A DNA stretch of 64,000 bases from Hyaloraphidium curvatum SAG 235-1 (GCA_025558095.1 JAIVFI010000007.1:310001-374000); one strand, 5' to 3'; shown: positions 23,991-36,091, numbered from the stretch's first letter. Made by a program: numbers and translations. The notes: generated from the sequence alone by a model not told the origin.

Positions 23991-24154
23991 GTTCGCCCAG
24001 CTGCCTCTGCCCCGAAGGAGGAAAGGGGAAAGAGGGAGTTGCTGGGCAACAATTAGGCGCGGCTCGATACCCATACCCTATCTATGCCCGGTCTCGAGAG
24101 TTTTTCTCTAGATTCCGATGTATACCCCGCCGCGCACTATTGGACACCACTCCC
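23991..24154 (+). ncRNA. Putative Fanzor omegaRNA (scaffold to 24139, guide from 24140 in flanking DNA); 5' end unknown
   Basis: Lies directly 3' of the Fanzor stop. Stems: 23991-24001 with 24041-24050; GCGCGGC 24057-24063 with GCCGCGC 24129-24135; internal hairpin 24083-24124. It ends at the element terminus ...CGCACTA. Confidence 0.6.
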
Positions 24155-24172
24155 GGCTATACCGTTGGCAAT

Positions 24173-25075
24173 ATGTCCGCGACGCCGATCGCGTCTCCGG
24201 CGTCTGCGCCGCAGTACAACACGGTGACGCTGACGCCGACGGACCCGGGGCAGCGGTTCGTCGCGGACGCGGTGCTCGAGCTGCTGCTCGCCGAGTGCGT
24301 CGACGCGTTCCACCGCGACGTCGCCGCCGCCGCGCAGCTCGGAACGGACATCGCAGGCGGCGTCGCGCAGCTGAGCCTCGCAGGGGCGAACGGCGCGGGC
24401 GGGAGGCGCGCGCCGCGGTCCGGGGCGCCGGTGCGAAGCGCGGAGGACCTGGACGAGCTGACGGAGAACGAGCGGGAGCAGGCCTACTACAAGCTGGAGA
24501 ACATGGGCTACCGGGTCGGCATGGCGTTCGTGGAGAGGTGGAGACGCGTCGGGCGCGCTGCCGGCGCGATCGGGACGCCGACGCCCGTCCTCCCCGCCCA
24601 GGGCGACGCGGGACCGGCCGCGGTTCATCGACACGCTCGACGTCGTCAAGTTCATCTGCAAGGAGTTCTGGACGTCCGTGTTCCGGAAGCAGGTCGACAA
24701 TTTGAAGACGAACCACAAGGGCGTCTACGTGCTCACGGACAACCAGTTCCGGTGGTTCATGCGGATGTCGACCGACGGCGGCATGGCCGAGACCATCAGG
24801 AAATCCTTCCCCGTGGGATCTGCTGACTCATTTTGGGTGCGATGAACGCGCCTGATCGGGCCCATTGTAGCACCTCGCCTTCCCCTGCGGCCTCATCCGG
24901 GGCGCCCTCGCCAACCTCGGCATCCCGAGCGTGGTCCTCGCAGAGGTCACGGCATTACCGGCATGTGGGTTGATTGTGGTGGTGCGGCATTGTCGCGCCT
25001 GACGGTGCCGTGCCTCCAGGTACCTTCCAGATCAAGGTGACGGAGAAACCGGCCAGCGTCGTGCGGCCCCAATGA
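24173..25075 (+). CDS. TRS33: TRAPP complex subunit Trs33/TRAPPC6
   Basis: LENMGYRVG..FVER / RFIDTLDVVKFICKEFW..VFRKQVDNLKTNHKGVYVLTDN / HLAFPCGLIRGALANLG / TFQIK; three introns. Confidence 0.92.
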
Positions 25076-25195
25076 TACCCAGCGCCGCGGACGCTCTCTT
25101 CAGCTATGGACACGGTTGTTGCGTGCACTATTTCAGGGTAGTAGAAGAGGATATCACACCGAAAAGACCGCCGCCCCTCGAGCCAACCGCCGCCC

Positions 25196-27663
25196 TCAAG
25201 GCTCCAGCTCCCCGGCCTTGAACGTCCACACGGCCCCCGAGTTCTTTGCCAGCTCCTTCATGATCTTCTGGTACGCCGCCGGCGGCGGCGCCGACAGCGA
25301 TTTGGCCACCACCTCCCCCGTCACCTCGGCCTTGCGGACCGCGCCGCCCGCGGCGCGGCGGAAGAGGTCCACGACGATGTCGCGGTACGGGTCCACGGCG
25401 GCGTCGTTGGTCCGGCGGAGCACGTACGCGCCGCGGACCTCGACGGCGAGCTCGTCGAGGACGGAGCGGAGGAAGAGGTCCGTGACGTGGGAGGGGCGCA
25501 GTTCGTTGCCCTCGGCTTCTGCAAAACGGGGACCGGTGAGATCAAGCCATGAACACCAGCGAAGGGGGAAACCCACGGGTATCGCCCGCCCGCGCCCACA
25601 GCAGGCTCTTGATCACCTCGAACCGCAGCACGCCGTGCCTGAGGAGGGCCCGCCGCACCAGGTCGCGCGCCTGCTCGTTGGCCGTCGTCCCCGTGGGAGG
25701 GTAGTCGCTCGCCGGCACCGGGTTCTGGGGGTATTCCGTGACGTCGGCCGGCTTGGCGACCGGCGCCGGCGCGGCCGCGGGCGCCGCGGGTGCTTTGCCC
25801 TTGCCCTTGGCGGCAGCCGCCGCGGGGGGCTTGGGCCCCTGCACGCCCGGCGCCGGAGCCGCCGCGGGCGCGGGTGCGGCCTTGGGGGCGGGCGGCGTCG
25901 GCCCCACCGCAGGCACGGGGACCTGCAGCGGCACCGCCAGCGGCTTGGCCCCCTCCCCCACCGAGTTCTGCCTCCTCGGCGCCCCCGGTCCCGCCGCCCC
26001 CGCCGCCTTCTTGGCCGGCTTGCTGTGCAGCTCCCTCTCCGCGTGCGCCAGCTCCTTCTCGAACGCGATCGCCAGCTTCGCTGCCAGCACCGCCTGCTCC
26101 CTCGCGAACCCCTCGTCCCTCCCCGTCCTGAGCTCCCACCCCTCGCCGGGCACCAGCACCGCGATCTCCTGCAGCATCGCCGTGGCCATGGCCAGCGGGA
26201 GGTGCGTGCGCTCGACGAGCTGCGCCCGCGAGACGCGGTCGCCGTCCATGAACATCTTGAGGAGAACCTGGCGCGCGGCGGCGGGGCGGTCGCGGTACAC
26301 GACGGCTGAGCGGACGACCCAGCAGCCCTGCACGAGGGTGGCGACCTTGGGAAGCTCCTCGAGGATGCGGTCGTCCGAGTAGTAGGAGGGAACGAGGGTG
26401 CGGAGGGTGGAGAAACGGATTATGTTGGCTGTGGGCAAGCAAATCTACGCGTCAGCTCCGCGCGCCGCCGCAGAAGTCGATGCGACCCACCGTTGACCAT
26501 GAGGCACTTGAGCTGCTCCGGCAGCGGCAGGGTGTGTATGTCGGCCAACGACAGCCCCTTGAGGATCTGGTACTCCTCTTTACCGTCGCTGTTGACCTTG
26601 GACAGGCTCGCGGACGAAGACCGCGGGGCCACCTCGTCCAGGTACGTCCGAGCCGTGGTGGCGACGTCGGCCTCGGGTGCGTCGGCCTCGGAGACGAACA
26701 GGCCCGCCGAGGCGGCGGCGGACTCGTACGAGCCCTCGTCGTGGATGGCCAGCGGGATCCAGGCCTCCTCCTCGGCCTGCTTGCGCATGAGCGCCTCGGC
26801 GGAGCGGCGCGCGTTCTCCTCGCGGTTCTCGTTGACCTCGGTCTTGCGCAGCGACATCTGGAAAAGCCAGCGGGTGAGTCGGCAGCCACCGGCAACGTGC
26901 AGGAGCAGCGCACCTGAACCAGGCGGCCGCCGCCCTGCCCCGCCTGGTCCTCGCCCGGTGCCGGCGCGCCGTCGGGCTTTGCGGCGCCCCTCTCCTTGGG
27001 CTTGTTGAGGTAGGCCAGGTTCGGGCGCAGCTGCACCGCGGCGTGGATCGGGGTCAGGTGCAGGGCGCCGCCGCGAACGGCGCCGACCATGTAGGTGGCC
27101 GAGGCGGGCACGGGCGCCGAGGAGTAGACCTGCGCGTCCAGCAGCTTCTTCCCCTTGCCCTTTGCCGCGTCGGTTGCGCCCTCGGCCAGCTCCTCGCCGC
27201 GGTGTGCGTCGTAGCGCGAGCTGTTTGTGTCGAGCGGCACGGCGACCTCGAGCATGCCGGCGCGCGGCTTGATGCGGCCCGAGCGCGGCGGCAGCGCGGC
27301 GGGGAACGGGCCGGCGCGCAGCGGGAACTGCAGCAGGTACAGCCTGCCGGCGCCGCCCATCGCCTGGTTGAAGAACACGTCGAGCTCCTCGACGACCTCG
27401 TCGTCGTCGGCCGGGTCCTCGCCGGGGTCCCCGCCCTCGCCGTCCCCCTCCCCGTCGCCCTCCCCGCCGTCGCTCTCGGCGTCGGCCATCGCCACGTCAT
27501 CGTCGACGACGTGGGCTGCCTCCTCGGCGTGCGCGAACGCGGCCTCGTCGCGCAACCTGTTCTCCTCGTAGCGGTCCATGCGGTCGCCGTCGGCGGGCAC
27601 GGCCTCCTCCGCCGCGTCATCGTCGTCGCTGCTCTCCACGACGCGCCGCCGCCGCGGTGGCAT
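25196..27663 (-). CDS. RPC37: RNA polymerase III subunit RPC5 (Rpc37/POLR3E, Sin-like domain)
   Basis: VVEELDVF, LYLLQFPLR, RIKP..GMLEVAVPLDT..Y, YMVG...LHLTPI..AVQLRP.LAYL, LVQGCWVVRS; three introns. Confidence 0.85.
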
Positions 27664-27784
27664 CCTTCCGCGGAACCGAGAGCTAGGGGGAGCTAGACGC
27701 GTTGATGACTTGTTTGCCCGCGCCCGCCCTTCACCCCGACCCCGGCCGGCCCCAGCGCTCCATTGCGGTCAGCCGGCCACTAAA

Positions 27785-30684
27785 ATGTTTAAGGACGCAT
27801 CGAAATACCGCAACTCGGTGTTCTCGGCCGCGCGGCCCGAGGACCGCTACGTGTTCGACCGCGCCGCCGCGGCCCACGGCGGCGACGCGTTCCCCGGCAT
27901 AGACGCCAACGCGTCGATCTTCGCCTTCAAATCCGCGTCGCACGGTAACGTCGGCATCGGCCAGCTCGCGCACCGCGGCAAGCCCGCGCCCTTCTCGGAC
28001 GTGGCCGTCGGCGTCAACCCGACCGCCCTCGCGCTCTCGCCGTTCTTCGCCGCCGAGCCCGGGCTGCTGGCCGCCGGCGGCGACAATGGCGCCGTCGCGC
28101 TGGTCTCGCTGGACGTGGACGGCAGCAAACCGAGCGTGGCCGCGGCGAGCACCGTGACGCTGTCGGGCCACGCCAAGCGCGTCGAGTTCGTGGGCTTCCA
28201 CCCCGTGGCCAGCGGGATCGTCACCTCGGCCGCCGGCGCCGAGCTCTTCCTCTGGGACGCCGAAAAAGCGGAACCGCGCTCCAAAATGGCCGACCTCAAG
28301 GACGTCACCTGGTCCTTCTCCTACTCGGCCGACGGCCGCATCCTCGCCGCCTCGTCCAAGGACGGCCTCCTCCGCCTCCTCGACGCGCAGAACGGCGGCG
28401 CCCCCACCTCTTCCGCCCCGGCCTCGACCGGCCCCAAAGCCTGGCGCGCGACCTGGCTCACGGGCCTCTCGGGGCCGTACGTGCTCACCACCGCCTTTTC
28501 GCCCTCGCGCTCCCGCGAGATGCGCCTCTGGGACGCCCGCGCGCTTGCCAAACCCGTCTCGAGTAAGCCTGTCGACTCGGATCCCGCGGTGCTCATCCCC
28601 GTGTACGACCACGACACCAACATCGTCGCCACGGCGTCGCGGGGCAGCCCTGTGCTGAAATGGTACGAGGCAAAGACGTCGGGCATGGTCGACGGCGCGA
28701 CCACCTACGGCGGCCGCGACCCGCTCGGCGGGCTGTGCGCGGTGCCCAAGCCCGCGCTGGATGTGATGGCCTGCGAGGTGGTCCGCCTGCTCGCGCCGTC
28801 GGCGTCCGGAGACGCCGTGGTGCCCATCTCGGCGCGGGTGCCGCGGAGATCGTACCTGGATTTCCAGGCGGAGCTGTTCCCGGATTCCTTTGGGGGCAGG
28901 CCGGCGCTCGCGGCGGGGGGCTTCTGGGCGGGTGAGGCGGCGGAGGTCGCGTTGGTGAGCCTGGATCCCAAGAAGCCGTCGGACGTTTTCGGGCTTCCGG
29001 CGCCGGAGGCCAAGTCGGCCGCCGCACCCGCTGCTCCCGCGCCGGCCGCCCCGGTCGCCGGGGAGTCGAAGCCCGCGGAGGCGTCGGCACCCGTGGACAG
29101 CGCACCCGTGGCTGCGTCCTCCTCCCCGGCCGACACTGCTCCGGAAAGCACGGCCGCTGCGGCTCCTTCCGAGGAACCGACCAAGGAGACACCCGCTCCC
29201 GCACCAAAGGGCACGCCGCCGAGGAGCACGTACAGTGCGCCGCTCGCGCCGGTCAAGACCTCCGCCTTCCGCTTCCTGGTCAGCACCGGCCACGCCCTCT
29301 TCGACAACCTGAAAAGCCTCTCGATCGTCATTCCCAACGAATCCGATGCCGTCGCCGCCACCCTGTCGATCATCTGCTTCCCGCTCGGCGGCCCCGGCGG
29401 CCGCATCGGTGTGGTCCCCACCGCATCGGCCGGCAAGCCCAACGCAGCCACCCGCCTCCCCGCGCAAATCCCGGCTTTGCTCAACCACGGCGACGTTTAT
29501 GACTTTGCCGCGGACCCGTTCGATCCCCTGCGGCTGGCCGCCGGGTGCGACGACGGCAAGGTCCGCGTGTGGAATGTCGATCCCGCCATGCAGGCCGACC
29601 GCGACGCCGCCTCGGCCGACTCCGTGCTGGCCGGCCACGCGAGCAGGGTCAACGTCGTGCGGTTCCACCCCCGCGCGCGGGACGTGCTGCTCACCGCCTC
29701 GACGGACAGGACGCTGCGGCTGTGGGACCTGGCGGCGGGGAAGGAGCTGCTCAAGGCGGACATGCCCGACGGCGCGCTGGCGGCGGCGTTTTCGCCCGAC
29801 GGGACCAAGATCGCGGTGCTCGGGCGCGACAAGCGCCTCCGCGTGCTGGACGCGCGGACGGGCGCCGAGAAGGCAGGGTGGCCGTCGCACGAGGGGATCA
29901 AGGGCGCTCGGGCGGTCTGGCTCTCCGATTCGAGGCTGGCGAGCGTGGGGTTCGGCAAGGCCGCCCGCCGCGAGATCAACGTGTACGACCTGGGCAAGCC
30001 CGAGTCGGAGCCCAGGGCGACGCAGGTGGACATCAACCCGGGGATCTTGTCGCCGTTCTGGGACGAGGATCTGGGGCTGCTGTTCCTCGCCGGCAGGGGG
30101 GACCGGAACGTGTCGGTGTGGTCGGTCGGGGAGGAGGGTGAGGCGACGCTGCTCACGCGGTACGAGAGCGGGGGCGTCACCCAAGGGTTGGCATTCTTCC
30201 CCAAGACGGCCGTGGACGTTACCAAGGTCGAGGTTGCAAAGTGAGGCGCTTCTTGGGCAGCGTTTCTTTCGATCGCTCACTCCCATTCCTCAGGTGCTGG
30301 CGCCTGACGTCGCAGAACATAGAGCTCGTGAGCTTCACGCTCCCGCGCTCGCGGACCGACGTCTTCCAGGACAACCTGTACCCGCCCACGCGCGACGTGT
30401 CCAAGCCGGCCGTCGAGTCTGCCTCGACGTGGTTCGGCGGCGAGGACGGCGAGACGGCTCGGGTAAGCCTCAAGCCCGCGGACATGGCGGCGCTCTCGGA
30501 GCGCGCCGAGGACCCGGCGCCCAAGGCGGCCGCCTCGGGGCACAGCCAGAGGGAGATGATCGGCCAGGACTCGGAGAAGGCGTTCGTCAATACGCTGCTC
30601 AAGGCGGCCCGGGCGCACGAGGACCTCGAGGAGGGCAGCTGGGAGGACAAGAAGGAGGGCGTGGATCCCGACGAGTGGGATTGA
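27785..30684 (+). CDS. Tandem (two WD40 propeller) coronin, coronin-7/POD-1-like
   Basis: N-terminal FKDASKYRN; two WD40 propellers each ending in coronin motifs (VPRRSYLDFQAELFPD; LPRSRTDVFQDNLYP); acidic tail GVDPDEWD; intron at 30241-30293. Confidence 0.85.
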
Positions 30685-30798
30685 AATTAGCGTATCTATG
30701 TCTTGAAATGGGAATCGCATTACCGACACAGGATCCCGACGAGTGGGATTGAAATTAGCGTATCTATGTCTTGAAATGGGAATCGCATTACCGACACA
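30663..30798. repeat. Perfect 68-bp tandem duplication spanning the coronin stop codon and 3' UTR
   Basis: 30663-30730 is identical to 30731-30798 (GGATCCCGACGAGTGGGATTGA...CCGACACA). Confidence 0.95.
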
Positions 30799-30841
30799 GT
30801 ATTTGACTTGGTATCGTGACGCAGGCGCAACCGGAGGACCG

Positions 30842-31835
30842 TCACTCCTCCTCCCCGGGAATAGGCTCCCCTTCGTCCCCGAAATCCCGCTCCTTCACTT
30901 CCTCGTCCTCCCCGAACTGCAGCGCGTGGTCAATCTGGTAAAGCACGGCCTCGATCGAATCCTCGTCCTTGATGTTCAAGGGCATGAACGAGACCATGCT
31001 AAACTCCTCGACAAGGCGTACGACGGCCTCGTTAAGCTTGTGGAACTTTGGCCGCGATTGGGACTGCGCATCGTCCAGCAGCACCGACGGATCCGGGTCC
31101 AGATATCTGGCAGGCCGCGCGGTCCGTTGGCCACCGTCCATAAACCGACCTAGGCTCGCCCACCTATCCATATCCTCGCTCTTGGCCCGCTTCCCAAGGA
31201 GGTCCATTTTGCTCAGCACGTTGACGTGCGGGATCTCCAGCTGAAGCATCGCCGACATTGCGCTCAGCACCCCCGAAAAGAACTTTGACGGGTCGTCGAT
31301 GTACTGGCTGTCGATCAGGTAGACGCCGCAGACCGAATACCCGAGCCGCTGCAGGCCCGTGACGACCTGCTTCATGACCGGGAAATGGGTGTAGACCTCG
31401 ATCTGCCCCGGGCAGTCGATGACAAGGTAATCGTCGCCGTACTCGGCGAGCTCCTCCTCCAACCAGTCCATGTTGTTGACCAGGAACTCCATGCAGTAGA
31501 TGAGGCCCCCGTTGGGCCCCAGGCCGAGCTCCTCCATCACGTCGTCCAGGCTGATGAGCTCCCGCACGTCTTGACGCGTCGGGCACGTCAGTCCCGGCTC
31601 ACACGGCAGACTGGGCTACCAGCCCACCAATAGACGGTTGGTACTCGAAGTTTTCCGCGGCCGGGTCCAGGTTCACGAGGTGCATCGGCCTCCCAATGGC
31701 CTCGGCATGGCTCATGATCGTCTGGCAGAAGGTGGACTGAAAACGGCCGGTTCAAGGCCGGAAATAGACCGTTGCCATGGAGATCGCCACCTTTCCCGTC
31801 CCCGCGGGGCCCATGACCAGCTGACAGGCCTTCAT
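30842..31835 (-). CDS. GPN3: GPN-loop GTPase 3
   Basis: QLVMGPAGTGK / STFC...VNLDPAAE / ELGLGPNGGLIYCME...DCPGQIEVYTH...PHVNVLSKMDL...QFGEDEE. Confidence 0.9.
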
Positions 31836-32096
31836 CTTTCGCCGGGAAAGAGGTTGTTGGGCTTTGATCCCTTCGTGGGGGGACGTGTGTGGAAGAGGGC
31901 GAGCCCACGGCACAACACGCGCGGCGGACCGTTCTCAGAGTGATCCGAACGCGTCGAGAAAAGGGGGAAACGGTTCCGGAGTTTCTGCGGGAGGGAGAGC
32001 TCGGCCGTCTGGGGAGGACGCGGCCCTTCTTCTTCGGGACCCCAGTTGCCCCCTTTCCCCTCTCGGCCTTGCCCCTGTGAATGAAATACGGCCAAG

Positions 32097-35000
32097 ATGA
32101 TGGGAGCAGGATATGACCAGGCTGTTTTTGAGGCGCTCTCGGGATGCCTCGACCCGGCGCCCAACGTGCGAATGGCGGCGGAGCTCCAAATCAAGCACCT
32201 GATGGCGAGCGACGGTGGGACACCCGACGGGACTGGCGGGAGAGCAACCGAAGGCTCATTCCGGAACAAAGACTTTGCCGTGGTGCTCGTACAGATTGCG
32301 CTGGCGCAGAATGCTCCGTGGGCACAGCGGCAGCTAGCCGCGGTCACGCTGAAGAACCTCACGGACCGGCACTGGTCGCCGAACAACGACAAATTCGAGC
32401 CACCGGAGATTTCGGAAGCGGTTGGATCTGGTCGTAAGCTCCTGGGGCACAAACTCACCTGGTTCCCAGACAAAGACGATCGTGAAGGACAACATCCTGA
32501 TGGGCTTGGCTGACCCGTTGCCGAAAATGCGGGCAGCTATGGTGGGCGTTGGCGGCCATGCCTCTATGCCTGCAGTGCTGGAACAACATCTACTCCATAC
32601 AGGCCCAGGTGGTCTCGAAGATCGCTCACACGGACTGGCCCGAGACATGGCCGTCGCTCCTCGACAACCTCGTCGCCAACCTGCGGAGCGACGACCCGAA
32701 CCGGGTCCACGGAACCATGCGCGTGCTTGTCGAGTTCATGAAGTCGGACATCACGGACCAGCAGTTCCCTCACGTCCATCCGGTTCTGTTCCCGGAGCTC
32801 TACCGGATCCTTTGCACAGAGAACGTGGGTCGCAGTTCCAAATCTCGAAGACACAAACCTAACTCCCTCCAGACCTACTCGCCACAAACACGAGGTCGGG
32901 CGGTCGCCATCTTCCGTCTGTCGGTCGACATGCTCGACCAGGTCAAGCTGGAGTTTCCGGACGCGCCGAAGCTGTTCCTCAAGCCGCTGCTACCCACGTG
33001 GATGGAAGCTTTCCAGAAGATCCTCACGACCAGCAGCGCGGACTCTGGCGTCGGCGAGGTCGGGCTTCGAATTGAGATACTCAAGGTTCGTTGGCAAATT
33101 CTCAAGTTGCAGGACAGCATCTTGACACTCTCTACTTGCAGGCGCTCACGACTCTGGTCAACACCTTCCTCAAACTGTGTGGCCCGTATCTTCAGCAGTG
33201 TCTTGCGATCGCGGGCCAGAACCTGCGCTTGATCCTCCCGCGTTACGTTGCCGAGGTGGTCAATGCTCCGGAAGACGGAGACGACGACGCACTCGGGGAC
33301 CGCGATTCGGACGGGGAAGTGATTCGTGTCGAGACGTTGCTCTACCAGTACTTTGAGTTCCTGGGAGCCATGGGCCAGAGTCGTCAGACCCGGAAGCTGT
33401 TTTCGGCTGGCGGCTTTCTTCCCGATCTCGTGAAGATGCTCATCGGCTACGCCATGCTTACCAACGAGCAGGTGAGTGCAACAGCTCTCTTCGTGAGGCT
33501 GTGGGATGACTTTTTTTTGCAGGCCGAGGCCTGGGGCTCGGACGTGAACCAGTACGTCCTCGACGAGGACGACGAAACGTACAGCTTCAACGTCAGAATC
33601 GCCGCGAGTGAGCTGCTCGCGAACCTCGGCGAAGCTTTCGGGGTCGATCTGCTGAACGGACTCATCGCGGGAACGCATGCGCTCATGGGGGATGCGAACG
33701 ACCTCCGGTCGAGAGCTGACCCGACGTGGTGGAAGCCCCGCGAAGCCTCTTTGCTCTCGATCGGCAAGCTCGCCGACGAGCTCATGGAGGCCATGCAGCA
33801 AAACCAGGTTCAGTTTGACATCGCGGGGCTTTTCAGCCATGTCGTGCTCGACAGCATGAAGGCTTCCGGTGGGAATCGAGCTGAACCGGCTTGCCATTTG
33901 ATCTGATCCATTTCCCTCGGCAGATTGCCCTTTCCTGCAGGGTCGAGCCATCTGGTTTGCGTCCCGCTTCTCTTCCGTACTGCCGGCCGAGCTGGCTCAG
34001 CAGTACGTCGCCGCTGCCGCGTCTGCTGCTTCGCAAAGCGACTCTGTTCCGGTTCGAATCTGCGGCGTCAAGGCGATCCAAGCCTTCTCGCTCTCCATGG
34101 ACTCCGCTGCTCTCCAACCGTACCAGCAGCAGATGCTCGACGGGCTGCTTGCGTTGATGCCCAACGCGAGCGAGGAGATCGCCGTCCTCGTATTGGAGAC
34201 ACTGCCCTCGGTCCTCAAAATTGACGCACGGACCACGGCTGCCTACTATGCACGAATCACGGATCTTACCCTAGAGCTGTGGAGCCGTTACCACGGAGGT
34301 TAGCGGAGCTTTTTGCGTGATGTTGCTGCGCTGATCGTTGCGTTCCTCCAGATCATCTGTTCTCGTCCATCGTGGACGACGTCTTCGAGGTGCTCGCTTC
34401 GAACGAGCTTTGCGCGCCGCAGATGCAGGATAAGGCCATCCCATTACTGCTCCAAGCCATTTCGGTGACCTACGATCCCTCGACCACGGCTTCCCTAATC
34501 TCTGGCGCGATGGACATCCTGGGAACGCTTATCAAGGGATCGCAGCAATCTCTGGCGGACGGGCAGGCATTCGCCATCTACAACGTCCTCTTCCCCCTTC
34601 TCCTTGAGACGTCGGATCCCAACATCTTGCAATCAGGGCAGGTCTGCTTGCGGTGGATCGTGCAGTGCGACATTGAGAAGCTGTTGAAATGGTAGGGTCT
34701 CCAGCGGTCGTCATTTGCATGCCTTCTCAACGTGGCGTGCAGGACTGACGGCAAGGGGGTCAGTGGAATGCACAACCTGATGCTCTTCATGTCAAAGCTC
34801 TTGGCCAGCGACAACAACGAGTCGGCCTCGGCATTCATCGGCGATCTGATCACCAAAGTGATCGAGAAGGCCGGACCGCACCTGCAACCCGTGCTGCCGG
34901 ACCTGCTCACGGCGGTCGCGCGCCGGTTGGAAGCAGCACAGACCTCGACCTTCGTACAGAGCCTGTCTCAGGTCTTCCTTCAGCTCCTGCAAACGCAGGC

Positions 35001-35902
35001 GGAGACCGTCGTCTCTTTCCTGAGCGGATTGACCATCAATGGGAAGAACGGGCTCGAGATCTTCCTCCGCGCGTGGTGCGAGAACTACCAGTACTTCCAG
35101 GGTTACTACGTGCTGAAGCTCAAGTGGGTGCCCCACCTGTCGAAAGGCGCGCAAGCTCACAGTCTATGCAGCGCCATCTCGATGACCAAGCTCTTCCTTC
35201 TGAACAATCCGCTCGCGTCGGCCGTCACCGTCAAGGGCGACATCGTCGAGCAGCCCGCTGCCTCGGGCAAGATCAAGACAAGGTCCCAGTCGCGCAAGAA
35301 CCCCGAGCAGTACACTGCGATCCCGTTCCCGGCAAAGGCGATCAAGCTGCTGCTTTGGGACTTCAAGACCAATCTGGAAAACGCAGTGACGACAGCTTCC
35401 CCCGCGCAAAATGAGCCGGAAAGCGACGTTCTCGAAGAAGAAGACGGTTCGAGCGAGGTAGGAACCTGTCCGCTGCTCGCTGGAACTTGCACGCTGACTG
35501 CGATCTGCAAACAGGCGGGAGATTGGGAAGATGTGGACGAAGAGTCCGGGCTGGCTACCCCGGACGAGTTCACATACCTCTCGGGTGAGTTGCGCCCACT
35601 CGCAGCACTGTGCACTTTCTCAAGCGCTCGATCGGCAGAGCTTGCGGATGAGGGAGCTGCGGACTGGAAGGAAGAGGAGAGCCTGGATCCGGACCTCAGA
35701 AACGATCCGATCTACCATACCAACATGAAGGTGAGCGTCCTCGCGATTGGCACGTTGCCCCGGCTCACGTTTCGCGCAGGAATATCTTGTACAGTTCTTC
35801 AAGTCGTGCCAGGCGCAGGACCTGAATCACTTTTCGACTATATCCAGCCAATACCTGACCGATCAAGAGCGCAAAGTGCTCCATTTCGTTCTGTCGCAAT
35901 AA
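32097..35902 (+). CDS. Importin-9 / Kap114-like karyopherin
   Basis: IBN_N (RQLAAVTLKN..DRHWS..FEPPE), IAHTDWPETWP, WWKPREASLL, C-terminal IKTRSQSRKNPEQYTAIP..KAIKLL and an acidic loop; multi-exon. Confidence 0.85.
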
Positions 35903-36091
35903 TGTATCCTCCCGAATTCCATTTCTGATTCCCATAAGGCTCATTCGGTCGGCAGTCGAGTTATTCGCTCCGGCCGCCAGGAGTGGCGCCTGTCCGCGCG
36001 CACCCATCAGTGAGCGAAGTGACTGAAGTGTCTCAAAGTGGTCGGGCTGCCGCTCCACGTTTCATGCCCGGTGCTCTAGGAAGGCTGGGAC

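Larger units (their letters stand above)
17841..24137 (+). mobile_element. Fanzor-carrying non-autonomous DNA transposon, about 6.3 kb, with putative TA target duplication (17839-17840 and 24138-24139)
   Basis: Imperfect terminal inverted repeats (left TA-GTGTGGCTAGCGGAGTCTA versus reverse complement of right end TA-GTGCGCGGCGGGGTATA). It contains the Fanzor gene, and removing it restores a 91-bp divergent promoter typical of this window. Confidence 0.65.

Noticed and set aside
24089-24112. Hairpin plus CTAG as a Helitron 3' end
   Set aside because: CTAG is followed by A rather than T, lies inside the hairpin, and there is no Rep/helicase gene. The TA/TIR boundary at 24137-24139 explains the data better.
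27731-30286. 851-aa antisense ORF, and similar long shadow ORFs (50737-52431, 60467-61918, 14694-16076)
   Set aside because: They lie antisense to well-supported genes, are R/G/A/P-rich with no motifs, and are expected from high GC3 codon bias.
30663-30798. CRISPR-like array
   Set aside because: Only two directly abutting copies with no spacer.
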